This document shows positions 10,059 to 18,808 of a DNA stretch of 64,000 nucleotides, one piece after another. Source of the DNA: Myxococcota bacterium. Lineage in GTDB: Bacteria > Myxococcota_A > Polyangia > Polyangiales > Sandaracinaceae. The stretch spans positions 1 through 64,000 of the forward strand of contig JAYZQJ010000057.1 of NCBI GenBank assembly GCA_036149055.1. The letters run 5' to 3'. The translations under genes and the position numbers were made by a program. Numbering within the stretch: position 1 is the stretch's first letter; the number at the start of each line of letters is the position of its first letter. A model generated the notes under the pieces. That model did no database searches, was not told the DNA's origin, and was given only the letters and a program-made list of their open reading frames with translations.

Positions 10059-10603
10059 CGCAGGCCCTCCACGGCGCCGGCCCCGATCCCGGCCCAGAGC
10101 GCGGCCCCGGGGATCGACCCGAGCGCGGCGATCCAGAGCTGGCGCAGGGGCGGCACGCGCCGCGCGCCCGCGGTGAGGTTGGCCACGTGGAAGCCGAGCG
10201 GGAACCAGCGCACCGCGACGAGGAACATCGGGTGGGTCACCGGGAGGCGCCGCAGCCACGCGGGCAGGCGCTCGAGCCGCGCGTCGAGGTCGACGTCCTT
10301 CGCCGAGCGACGCGCGAGGCCGTACTGGATCATCGAGCCGAGCGTCCACCCGGCCCAGGTCATGACGCCGCCCGCGAGCCAGCCGTAGGCGGCCGAGGTC
10401 GCGAGCGCCCAGAGCTCGGAGGGGAAGGGCGCGGCCGCGAGGGCGGCCTGGACGAGGACGAGGACCGCGGGCGTGGCGACGCCGTAGCGCTCCATCAGCG
10501 CCTCGGGCCCGCCCATCGCCGTGACCCAGCGCTCGAGCCCGACCGCCGCCAGCAGGAAGCCGACGACCATCCAGAGCGCCGGCGCGCGAAGGACCCTCAG
10601 CAC
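10049..10603 (-). CDS. DedA/VTT (TVP38-like) membrane protein
   Basis: Hydrophobic helices, PFPSE, GSMIQYGLAR, RWFPLG. Confidence 0.8.
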   Translation of the reverse strand: MLRVLRAPALWMVVGFLLAAVGLERWVTAMGGPEALMERYGVATPAVLVLVQAALAAAPFPSELWALATSAAYGWLAGGVMTWAGWTLGSMIQYGLARRSAKDVDLDARLERLPAWLRRLPVTHPMFLVAVRWFPLGFHVANLTAGARRVPPLRQLWIAALGSIPGAALWAGIGAGAVEGLRWI

Positions 10604-11205
10604 TCGTTGACCCTCCCCGGCTCCACCTCGTCCCGCACGCAGCGCGGGGGCTTCAGCAGCCACTCGTTCAGCAGCGGGCCGAACACCTGCTGCAGCATGC
10701 CCCCGCCGACGTCCGCGAGCATGCCCCAGGCGACGATGGTGCCGCCTCGGTGCGGGCTGAGCGACACGAAGCCGCGCCCGGCCCGCACGTCGTGGGGGCG
10801 CGTGGTGTCGAGGGCGAAGCGGATCGCGCGCGCCTCGTCGTCGACGGTCATGCGCAGGAAGTAGTCGGCGCTGCCGATGCCGAACGCGTGATGCATGCGC
10901 AGCACCCGCGCGTCGCCGTCCTGCGCCACGACCTCGACCGACTCGAGCGAGGGGATGAGCCGCGTGTAGCGGGAGGGATCCCGGACCACCGCCCAGACGC
11001 GATCGATGGGCGCGTCGACGCGCTGCCAGCTCGAGCCGCCGAAGAGCCGCGCGCGCCCGTCGGTGCGTGTCATGTCGCGCCGGACGAGCTCGCCCGCGAG
11101 GAGCCGGCGGCGCTCGTCGGGGCTGAACGCGTCCGCCTGCCCGAGAGCCGCCGAGGAGACCAGCCCGAGCAGCGGGGCCAGCGTGAGCACGAGATGGGTT
11201 CGCAT
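10597..11205 (-). CDS. SRPBCC/START-like domain protein with signal peptide
   Basis: VDAPIDRVWAVVRDPSRY...IP motif after an N-terminal signal sequence. Confidence 0.75.
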   Translation of the reverse strand: MRTHLVLTLAPLLGLVSSAALGQADAFSPDERRRLLAGELVRRDMTRTDGRARLFGGSSWQRVDAPIDRVWAVVRDPSRYTRLIPSLESVEVVAQDGDARVLRMHHAFGIGSADYFLRMTVDDEARAIRFALDTTRPHDVRAGRGFVSLSPHRGGTIVAWGMLADVGGGMLQQVFGPLLNEWLLKPPRCVRDEVEPGRVNEC

Positions 11206-11275
11206 GGGGACGGGATGCGGGACCCCGCGTCCGCGGCTCATGAGCCGCCCGGGACGGACCGCGCATCCCGGCGAG

Positions 11276-12094
11276 GTGCGACCTTCCCGCCTCCTCGCGC
11301 TCGTCCTCCTCGCCGTCGTCTCCGAGCGCGTCCCCGCTCGCGCGCAGGCGCCGGTCGCCCATCAGCGGCTGGCGATCGTCATCGAGCCGATGGGCGCCGA
11401 GCACATGCTCGCGCTCGGCGTGCGCGCGCGGCTCGGGGATCCGGAGGAGCTGCTCTTCACCGGGGCCCACGCCGAGGCGGGCGTCGTCAGCTACACGTCT
11501 CCGATCTACACGCGCAACGGAGCCTACCTCCAGGTGAGCCCGCTCGCGTTCCTGGTGCTCCGGGCCGAGCTCCGTCACGTCCAGATGTGGTCGATCGGCA
11601 TGCCGGGCGCGGGCTACTTCCCGCTGCTCCAGGACGGCTCCCTGGCCGAGGGGGGCGCGGCGACCGGGTGGGAGGCTCACCTGAGCGCGATCCTGCAGGG
11701 GCTCGTGCCGCTCGGCGACACGCGCCTCCTGATCTGGAACCAGACCGCGCTCGAGAGCCTCACGATCGGGCCCGCCGAGCGCTACCTCTCGCCCCGCCAC
11801 GACGCCGCGCTCGGCCGACGCGACGGGACGCTGACGAACGCCGCGATGCTCCTCTGGGAGGTCGACCTGACGCCGCGCCTCCACCTGCGGCTCGGCGCCT
11901 ACTCGGACCTCCTGTGGGTCGCGAGCGACGGCTACCTCGCCCACCAGGTCGGGCCCCTGGCGATGCTGCACGTCGACGCCCCCGACCCCCACGTCTCCTC
12001 GATCCTCCCCTTCGTGCGCTTCGGCGCCTACACCGACGGCCGCCGGGCGGGAGGCGTCACCGCGCTCGCCGGCCTGCTCGTCGACTACGAGTGA
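11276..12094 (+). CDS. Hypothetical exported, probably beta-barrel protein
   Basis: Signal peptide, alternating beta strands, aromatic residue near C-terminus; start uncertain (11240/11276). Confidence 0.55.
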   Translation: MRPSRLLALVLLAVVSERVPARAQAPVAHQRLAIVIEPMGAEHMLALGVRARLGDPEELLFTGAHAEAGVVSYTSPIYTRNGAYLQVSPLAFLVLRAELRHVQMWSIGMPGAGYFPLLQDGSLAEGGAATGWEAHLSAILQGLVPLGDTRLLIWNQTALESLTIGPAERYLSPRHDAALGRRDGTLTNAAMLLWEVDLTPRLHLRLGAYSDLLWVASDGYLAHQVGPLAMLHVDAPDPHVSSILPFVRFGAYTDGRRAGGVTALAGLLVDYE

Positions 12095-12450
12095 CCTTCG
12101 CGCTCAAGGCTCGGCCTCCGTCGCCCGATGCACGGGGTGAGATGCGGGACATGCTGCGAAGCCGAATCACGGGGCGCCACGGGATCAAGACCACCTCGCT
12201 CCTCGAGCCGCTGCTCGAGGCGTCGCGGCGGCCGGACGACGCGTTCGAGATCCTCATCGAGGTCGCCGAGGCCCACCCCGAGATGAAGGCGCTGCTCCTG
12301 AAGGCCGCCAACTCGGCCACCCGCCGGGGCTACCAGCGCATCCGGGACGTCCGCCCGGCCCTCGTCCGGATCGGCGTGCTCGCCGCGGCCCGGCTGATGC
12401 TCGAGGCCGCCCACCGCGAGGACCCGACCACCTTCGGCCACGCGGCGTGA
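12091..12450 (+). CDS. Small HDOD-domain protein (N-terminal part of HDOD only)
   Basis: HPEMKALLLKAANSA...IRDVRPALVRIG resembles the HDOD signature. Confidence 0.65.
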   Translation: MTFALKARPPSPDARGEMRDMLRSRITGRHGIKTTSLLEPLLEASRRPDDAFEILIEVAEAHPEMKALLLKAANSATRRGYQRIRDVRPALVRIGVLAAARLMLEAAHREDPTTFGHAA

Positions 12451-12569
12451 GCGCCTGGGCGGGGGCGTGAGGCCACGGTAGCTCACCGAAAGCCTTGCTT
12501 TTTCTCCCCCGAGCCTCATGTTACGGGCATCCGGCCAACCCCTCGGGGGCGCCGGCTGACAACCGAATA

Positions 12570-12931
12570 GGGGGCGTACCGGTTTCGACGAGGGTGAAGA
12601 AGCCCTGGTGGCGTGTCGCCGGACTGAGTAACGGCGTCAAAAACATCTCGGAACCCATAAGTGCGAACGACAACGCGCTTGCTCTCGCTGCTTAGTCGCA
12701 GTTAGGGAGCCGTCGAAGGAAAGAGCCCGTCAGCGCTCTTCTGGAGGCGTCATTGAGCTGACTGGCCTGATCCCGCACGGTCCGGGGTGAGGGCGAGACT
12801 TCAGGACCGTTGGCGTCACGTGTAGCCCGCTCTCGGGCGCCTCGTGATGCGACAACAAAACGAGAGCTACACACGTAGAAGCCAGAGTAGCGGAACGCTT
12901 TCGGACGCGGGTTCGACTCCCGCCGCCTCCA
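12570..12931 (+). ncRNA. ssrA: tmRNA (transfer-messenger RNA)
   Basis: Acceptor stem GGGGGCG (12570-76)/CGCCTCC (12924-30) with G3:U pair, T-arm GCGGGTTCGACTCCCGC, tag ANDNALALAA-stop at 12663-12695. Confidence 0.97.
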
Positions 12932-14199
12932 CTAGAAATGCAGGGGTCAATCGCACCCTCGCCACCATTCCCGCCACCATGGGCGGAGGGCGGCGGGGGC
13001 TGCGGTTGGCCGCTCGTCGCCTCACGCACCGCCTCGAGCTCCACCACGGGCGCGCGCTCGAGGCCGAGCCGGAGAGACCCGACCGCCTCCGAGAGCGCGG
13101 TCCACTCCCAGTCGGTGTACCCGTCGACGACGTCCCCGCGCGCGTTGTGCGTGACCCGCTCGAGCACGTCCTTCCGCGCGCCGTCCGAGCGCGCGAGCGA
13201 GATGAACGTGTGGCGGAAGGCGTGGCACGCGCGTCCCTTCTTGGCGCCTGGCTCGCGGTGCGGGATCCCGACTCGCTGGAGGTCGCGGTAGAGCGCCTTC
13301 ACCGCCTGGTTCTGGGTCCGCGGCCGCCCGGTCCGGGGGTCGGGGCAGAGCCAGTCGTCCGGGCTCGGATGCCGGCCGTAGAGCTCGGCGAAGCCCTCGC
13401 GTCGCCAGCGGTCGAGGATGTCGGCGAGCGCGGGGTGCACCGGGACGAGGCGCTCCCGCGTGTCCTCGCCGTCGTCGGCCGTCTTGAGCGGCTGGTCGTC
13501 GTACTGGCTGTGGACGAGCAGCGCGCCCAGCCCGGACGTGTCCGTGTCGTAGTCCCGCCAGCGCCGCCCGGACGCCTCGCCCAGCCGGAGCCCGCCGAGC
13601 CCCATGAGCGCGTAGAACACGCGCCGCCAGTCCGGGATCGCCGGGTCGGTGAGCAGCTGCCAGAGCTCCTCACGGCTGAACCGCGGCTTCCGCTTCTTCG
13701 CGACCCGCGGCAGCTTCCCCCGCGGGAGGCTCGCCGGGTTCGTGACGATCACCTCCTCGAATCGGGCGAGCTCGAGCATCGAGCGGAGCACGCCGTGGAC
13801 GTTGCGGATCGTCTTCGCGGCCAACTCCCCCCGGAGATCCCGGACCATCGCGTCGACCATCTTCGGCGTGAGGTCCTCGACGCGGACGCGGCCGAGCCGG
13901 GGGCGGATGTGGTTGTCGTAGCAAGCCCTCGCGTCGTCGAGCGAGCGCATCCCTTCGCGCTCCTTCTCGGCGGTCCAGTAGTCCGCGAGCTCGTCCATGA
14001 GCATCCGGGCGTGGGGCCCGCCATGCACGTAGGTGCCGGCCTTCACCTCGGCGAGCCGCTTCTCGCGGAGGCGCTTCGCGGCGCGCATCGTCGAGCCCGC
14101 CGGCTCGTACCGGCGGACTCCGTGCTGGTCGTAGAAGTTGATCTCGTAGACGGTCTTGCCGCCGATCGAGCGCTTCCGGATGCCGGTCGCCTTCGCCAT
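12730..14199 (-). CDS. int: Prophage tyrosine integrase (ORF extends into antisense ssrA)
   Basis: Arm-binding-like N-terminus; catalytic R (GLRLGE), K (LKT), HAFR, H (THN), Y (DGY). Confidence 0.92.
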   Translation of the reverse strand: MAKATGIRKRSIGGKTVYEINFYDQHGVRRYEPAGSTMRAAKRLREKRLAEVKAGTYVHGGPHARMLMDELADYWTAEKEREGMRSLDDARACYDNHIRPRLGRVRVEDLTPKMVDAMVRDLRGELAAKTIRNVHGVLRSMLELARFEEVIVTNPASLPRGKLPRVAKKRKPRFSREELWQLLTDPAIPDWRRVFYALMGLGGLRLGEASGRRWRDYDTDTSGLGALLVHSQYDDQPLKTADDGEDTRERLVPVHPALADILDRWRREGFAELYGRHPSPDDWLCPDPRTGRPRTQNQAVKALYRDLQRVGIPHREPGAKKGRACHAFRHTFISLARSDGARKDVLERVTHNARGDVVDGYTDWEWTALSEAVGSLRLGLERAPVVELEAVREATSGQPQPPPPSAHGGGNGGEGAIDPCISSGGGGSRTRVRKRSATLASTCVALVLLSHHEAPESGLHVTPTVLKSRPHPGPCGIRPVSSMTPPEER

Positions 14200-14474
14200 C
14201 AACCCACCTTGCCCCACTCCATGATCTCCGCCTCGACGAAGCGGACCTCTTTCCCGCCGAGCTTCCGGTGGGGGAGGCCGTCACGCCGGGCCCACTTCAG
14301 CACGGTCTCTCGGCCAACGCCCATGCGCTCGGCTGCCTCCTCTGCCGTGAGCAGCCGAAGGCTCGCGCTCTTGCGCTCCTCGAGCGCCTCCCGGACGGCA
14401 GCGGCGATCAGCTTGCGCAGGGTCGTCATGTCGGTGATCACGACGCCGTTGTGCAGGTGGTCGAGGTCAGCCAT
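14199..14474 (-). CDS. xis: Excisionase-like HTH protein
   Basis: LLTAEEAAERMGVGRETVLKW...LP..K.GG..VRF; directly upstream of int. Confidence 0.85.
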   Translation of the reverse strand: MADLDHLHNGVVITDMTTLRKLIAAAVREALEERKSASLRLLTAEEAAERMGVGRETVLKWARRDGLPHRKLGGKEVRFVEAEIMEWGKVG

Positions 14475-15183
14475 TGGGCGCCTCGGCCTGGATGCGCTGC
14501 ATCGTCTCGAGCCAGGTCGTGACGACGCTGCTCTCCGCCACCTCGACGCCGTTGGCGTAGAGCACCACCCGCAGCGCTGACATGCTGCTGGTCTCCGGCG
14601 CCCGAGGCTTGGTCGGCGCCGCCCGCGACGGCTTCGCCTTCCGCGCGCGCTTCCGCGCTCCGCCGACGTTCTTCGGCGTGCTCACCGCCTTCTCGGGGCT
14701 CATGCGCTTCAGCCGGTAGTAGAGGGTCGACTCGGTGAGCCCGAGCGCTTTCGCTTCGGGCAGCTCGAGCAGCTCCGCGGCGGTGAGCTCGCGGCCCTTG
14801 TACGGGTAGGTCCTTCTCGTCTTCGGCATCCTCGTCTCCTCGCGCCGATCGGCGCTCTCGTCGGTCTCCGGGGAGGGGCCCGCCTCGGGCTCCTGGGGCT
14901 GCTCGGCGGGCTGGTCGGTGGGCTGCTCCGCACCGCCGAGCAGCGTCGAACCGCCGGGGGCGAACCCGCCGGCGAGCTCCACGAGCTCGACGTCCGGCGT
15001 CTCCCCGCGGGCGTGAGCCGCGCCGATCGGGCAGTCGGTGCAGCCGGCGGCGGCGAGGTGCCTCTGGCCCTTCGCGCCCCGGCCGCCGGCCTCCTTCCGC
15101 GCGCGCCGGAAGCGCTGGGTGCAGCTCGTCCTCGTGAGCTTCGTCGCCAGCCGCTCGCACCGGAACAGCTCGAGCTCAGCCAT
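14467..15183 (-). CDS. Phage protein with Cys-rich N-terminus and HTH-like C-terminal domain
   Basis: C...C...CTDC; YKGRELTAAELL...GLTESTLYYRL. Confidence 0.6.
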   Translation of the reverse strand: MAELELFRCERLATKLTRTSCTQRFRRARKEAGGRGAKGQRHLAAAGCTDCPIGAAHARGETPDVELVELAGGFAPGGSTLLGGAEQPTDQPAEQPQEPEAGPSPETDESADRREETRMPKTRRTYPYKGRELTAAELLELPEAKALGLTESTLYYRLKRMSPEKAVSTPKNVGGARKRARKAKPSRAAPTKPRAPETSSMSALRVVLYANGVEVAESSVVTTWLETMQRIQAEAPNG

Positions 15184-15814
15184 GGTGCGCTCCCCCGTCG
15201 TCGCCCCAGGTGCACGCCGCGCGGATCACCTCCGCCTCGAACCGGCGCCACGCCGGGAGGTCCTCACGCACGACCCAGGCGGTCGAGCTGTCGGCGAGCC
15301 ATCGCACCGGCCAGTGACATCCCGGGGCGGTCAGGTCGACCGTCACGCCGTCGAGGTGGGCGATGACCCTGCGCACGGTCGCGCCCGGCCAGCGGCGCTC
15401 GGCCTCGACGCGGGCCCGTAGCCTGGCCTCGGCGCGTCGAGCGCGGTCGGCCTTGCGGGCCGCCACGATGTCCGCGGCGTCGGGGGCGCACTCCGAGCAC
15501 CAGACCCGATCGGCGTCGTCGACGTCGCCGCCGTCGTCGAGCTCGGCCTCGCCGACCTGCGCGCTGCACCCGTCGCACGAGATCCACCAGCCGTGCTCGA
15601 GGATGAGCGCGCGCTTCGTCCAGCCGGCGTCGAACTCGGGCGCGCGCCGAACGTCGAGGCCTTCCCCCTCGGGCTCACCGTCGAGCTCCAGCCCGCCGGC
15701 TCGGCGCGCCTCTGCCTCGGCCGCCGCGCGCACGATGCACGAGAACTCGTCCGCGCTCACCACCCACGCAGGCTCACCACGGCGCCCTCCTCTCGGCTGC
15801 TCGCTCGCCGCCAT
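15176..15814 (-). CDS. Hypothetical phage protein with CxxC...CxxC
   Basis: RRAPEFD...GWWISCDGC...WCSEC; coupled within the operon. Confidence 0.6.
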   Translation of the reverse strand: MAASEQPRGGRRGEPAWVVSADEFSCIVRAAAEAEARRAGGLELDGEPEGEGLDVRRAPEFDAGWTKRALILEHGWWISCDGCSAQVGEAELDDGGDVDDADRVWCSECAPDAADIVAARKADRARRAEARLRARVEAERRWPGATVRRVIAHLDGVTVDLTAPGCHWPVRWLADSSTAWVVREDLPAWRRFEAEVIRAACTWGDDGGAHHG

Positions 15815-16239
15815 CACCACTCCGAGCACGCCACGTAGCGGCGCGAGGGGTCGCGCAGGTACTCGCCCCACAGGGACCCGGCCGGCCTGTGGTCCTCCCA
15901 GAACGTCGTCTGGGCGGCCTTGGCCACGTCGATGAGCGTGACCTCGAGGTCACCCGCCGTCGGGATTTCCTCGTCGTCCAGGTTGCACTCATCTCGCAGG
16001 TGATGGTCCAGCAGCCGCAGCGCATCGCCCTCGTCCTCGGCGTGCACCCAGTGCCTCACGTGCCCGTCGTCCAGCTTGTAGATCCGCATCGTTCGCTCCT
16101 TTCGAGGCTGCTCGCTCGCCGCCAGGTGCCGCGCCGCGTCCCACAGGATCGCCAGTCGCGTGCGGCAGTCGCCGTCGCGCCACGCCGCGCGGGCGTGCAG
16201 GCCGAGGCGCATCGCCTTCCCGAGAAGCGCGCGGATCAC
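15814..16239 (-). CDS. Hypothetical phage protein (possible internal start 16089)
   Basis: Overlapping start/stop with neighbours; AAGGAG RBS before ATG 16089. Confidence 0.55.
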   Translation of the reverse strand: MIRALLGKAMRLGLHARAAWRDGDCRTRLAILWDAARHLAASEQPRKERTMRIYKLDDGHVRHWVHAEDEGDALRLLDHHLRDECNLDDEEIPTAGDLEVTLIDVAKAAQTTFWEDHRPAGSLWGEYLRDPSRRYVACSEW

Positions 16240-16490
16240 GCCGGCCTCCGGTAGTAGCGCCGCGCGAGCTGCGAGCCGCGATGCTCGCTCGGCGGGACGA
16301 GGCGCGACGCGAGCTCGCCCTCGACCTCCATGCGGCGGAGCACGTGACCGACGAAGGTCACCGCCCCGTGACGGCGCGGGTAGGGGGACTCCGGCCACGC
16401 GTCGACGACGTCGCCGGACCAGACCTCGGCGTCCTCCTCGAGGAGCTTGAGCGCGATGCCCCGCACGTCCTGGCGGTGGTCCTCACGCAT
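16236..16490 (-). CDS. Small winged-helix-like protein
   Basis: VGHVLRRMEVEGELASR...ARRYYR resembles a PadR-like wing. Confidence 0.55.
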   Translation of the reverse strand: MREDHRQDVRGIALKLLEEDAEVWSGDVVDAWPESPYPRRHGAVTFVGHVLRRMEVEGELASRLVPPSEHRGSQLARRYYRRPA

Positions 16491-17256
16491 GGTCCACCTC
16501 GTCGGTCTCGCGGCGGCGCCGCTCGAGCACGCCATCCGCGGCCTCGGCTCGTCGTCGCAGGCAGTCGTCGTCGTCGGCGCCGTCCTCGTCGCGGTCCTCG
16601 CGATCGAACGCCCAGGCGCCCACCTCGTCGGCGGCGCCATAGACGACGTCCTCCGCCAGCGAGGCCAGCGCCTCGATGCGCTCCTGGACGTCGGCGCCCC
16701 AGGCGGCCGGCTCGACGCGCGGCGGCTCGTCGGGCCCGCCCCGCAGCTCGGCCGCGAGAGCGCGCAGTTGGTCCGGCAGCTCGTCGGCGAGCGCCTCCAG
16801 CGCGGCAGCCGTCGAGCCGAGGCCCGTCCGGTCGTCAGCGCGGCGGTTCGCCTCGGCGTGCTCGGGCGCTCCGCCGCGGCTGCATTCTTCCTCGTCGCGC
16901 TCCAGGAGGAGGTCGCAGCGGAGCCGCTTGCGCGACACGGTGTTGAACTTCCAGCGGACCGCCGCGCCGAGGTCGACGCCGGCCCGGGCGCAGAGGAGGT
17001 CGAGGTAGATGACGACGTCCGCGGCCTCGTTCCCCAGCGCCACGACGTCCAGGATCCCGTCGGTCGCGATCGGGCCGGTGTTCTGGCCCCGGCGCGCGTG
17101 CTTGAGCACGTTCGCCAGCTCGCCGAGCTCGCCGGTGACCGCCATCAGCCAGTCCTGCAGGGACCACTCCTCGAAGGGGTGGTAGAAGCGCTCGCACCGC
17201 TCGACGTTCTTCGCGCGGAGTTCGGCGAACCGGAGCGAATCGGAAGCCTCACGCAT
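16483..17256 (-). CDS. MazG-like nucleotide pyrophosphohydrolase with acidic C-terminal extension
   Basis: WLMAVTGELGELANVLKH...NEAADVVIYLDLL...GVDL..AV..KFN. Confidence 0.85.
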   Translation of the reverse strand: MREASDSLRFAELRAKNVERCERFYHPFEEWSLQDWLMAVTGELGELANVLKHARRGQNTGPIATDGILDVVALGNEAADVVIYLDLLCARAGVDLGAAVRWKFNTVSRKRLRCDLLLERDEEECSRGGAPEHAEANRRADDRTGLGSTAAALEALADELPDQLRALAAELRGGPDEPPRVEPAAWGADVQERIEALASLAEDVVYGAADEVGAWAFDREDRDEDGADDDDCLRRRAEAADGVLERRRRETDEVDHA

Positions 17257-18031
17257 CGGCCTGCTCCTTTCGCAGCGCCTCGAAGAGCAGCGGGAGGAGC
17301 GCGTCTTTCACCACGCCGAAGCTGTGCGGCTTGCGGTAGACCGCGCTCTCCCAGTAGTCGTCAGCGATGACCCGGTGCAGGTCCTCGTCGGCGAGAGCCT
17401 CCTGGAGGAGGAGCTCGGCCGGCGCCGATGAGTCGAGCTCGTCGAGGGCTCTCCACGCGGCGCGCGCCTCGTCGCGGGTGAGACCACCGCTCCGGCGGGC
17501 CTCGAGCACTTCCGCGCGCCAGCCCTTCACCGTCGCCCGCCCGTCGAACTCGTCCGGCACGCCCGCGAAGAGCTTGCGGGCGACGTAGTCGGCGCCGACC
17601 CACATCCCGAGCGCGTCCGAGAGGTGCTGCGACTCGCAGAGCCAGGGGCCGCGCCACCAACGGTGCGACCACGTCCCCCAGTCCGAGACGAGCGCGAGGG
17701 TGCCGTGGGTGTCGTCCACGTAGAACGCCGCCCAGCCCCGGCCGGCGCCAGGGACCTCGATGCCGTCGAAGCGGTAGACGCGTGTCGACGGCTCGCCGGC
17801 CGCCTCGCCCACCAGCGCAGCTGCATGAAGCACCGCGTCTGAAAGCTCGTGACCCTCGGAGGCGCTGATCTGAGGGAAGCTGCCCGGGGCCACGAGGCGC
17901 TCGGCCAGCTCGACCGTGCGCTTGCCGAGCAGCTCCTGGAGCGTCCCGACGTGGGGCATCAGGACCACGTCCGACGGCCTGAATGGCGGGGCCTCCGTGA
18001 CACCTTCCCGCGCACCTTCTTCATTCGCCAT
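17249..18031 (-). CDS. Hypothetical phage protein
   Basis: GAGGAGG RBS before ATG 18031; GTLALVSDWGTW...DYVARKL. Confidence 0.65.
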   Translation of the reverse strand: MANEEGAREGVTEAPPFRPSDVVLMPHVGTLQELLGKRTVELAERLVAPGSFPQISASEGHELSDAVLHAAALVGEAAGEPSTRVYRFDGIEVPGAGRGWAAFYVDDTHGTLALVSDWGTWSHRWWRGPWLCESQHLSDALGMWVGADYVARKLFAGVPDEFDGRATVKGWRAEVLEARRSGGLTRDEARAAWRALDELDSSAPAELLLQEALADEDLHRVIADDYWESAVYRKPHSFGVVKDALLPLLFEALRKEQADA

Positions 18032-18129
18032 GAACCCCTCCTCGGCGCCCTCGCTCGGCGCCAGTGATACGACCGGCCGAAATCGGCTGATTCGCACGCA
18101 AATCGTGTGCGGCGTTGCATCTCGTCGTG

Positions 18130-18218
18130 TTGTCCGAGCGGAGCAGGGTCGAAACCCCGGAAACAGGCCCAGAAGACACGCGGGGCCGCGGATTTGAAAT
18201 CCCGCGACGTCTACACCG
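18130..18218 (-). pseudogene. Degenerate tRNA-like remnant (tRNA-Leu-like 3' two-thirds), possible att-site relic
   Basis: Minus strand GTAGACG-tc-GCGGGA-TTTCAAA-TCCGC-GGCCCCGC...GGGC...CGGGGTTTCGACCCTG...CTCGG; no 5' acceptor strand found. Confidence 0.45.
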
Positions 18219-18313
18219 CATATCACGAAACGTTGCCCTCAAATTCATTCCTGATCCGAGCGCGAATTTCGGCCGATCACTCGCGCCGGATTCCGTCAAC
18301 TTCGCTGATCCGG

Positions 18314-18808
18314 TCACGCCGACGCCTCCTCGGCGCAGACGGCCAGCGGCGCGACGACCATCAGCCACCCGTCGCCACGCGCGACGAGGACCCGGAGCGG
18401 GTCCATCCCGGCGTCCATCGCCCCAGCCGCGACGCTCCGATCGCCCGAGAGCTGTCCGACGACACCGATGTGCGCGGCGAGCCTGGCGTCGACCAGGACG
18501 CCGGCCAGGGTCAGCCGTCCGTCCCTCCCCGGGCGCTCCGCCGCCTTCCGGATCAGCGCCCTCGAGCGGAGCCGTCGAGGCAGCTCCGCGGCCGCGGCGC
18601 GCTCGAGGAAGGGCGGGAGGTTCGCCGGGACGTCGGAGAGGTGGTCCTGCTGTCGCGCGCTCGCGAGGACCGGGGCCACGAACGCCTGATCGACGGCCGC
18701 GCGCATCGCCCACTCGCGAGCGCGGCCCCAGAGGTAGACCATCTCGGCTTCGACTCCGATCGCGAACGGCACCGCGACCTCGAGGCCCTTGAGGCTGCCG
18801 TTCGTCAT
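18314..18808 (-). CDS. Hypothetical phage protein
   Basis: ATGA-coupled to the upstream gene. Confidence 0.55.
   Translation of the reverse strand: MTNGSLKGLEVAVPFAIGVEAEMVYLWGRAREWAMRAAVDQAFVAPVLASARQQDHLSDVPANLPPFLERAAAAELPRRLRSRALIRKAAERPGRDGRLTLAGVLVDARLAAHIGVVGQLSGDRSVAAGAMDAGMDPLRVLVARGDGWLMVVAPLAVCAEEASA

Noticed and set aside
12495..12695. 66-aa ORF ending ANDNALALAA as a protein gene
   Set aside because: It is the tmRNA tag reading frame extended upstream by chance.
18130..18218. Functional tRNA-Sec or opal suppressor (TCA loop)
   Set aside because: No 5' acceptor strand, bulged anticodon stem and non-canonical T-loop; kept only as a remnant.
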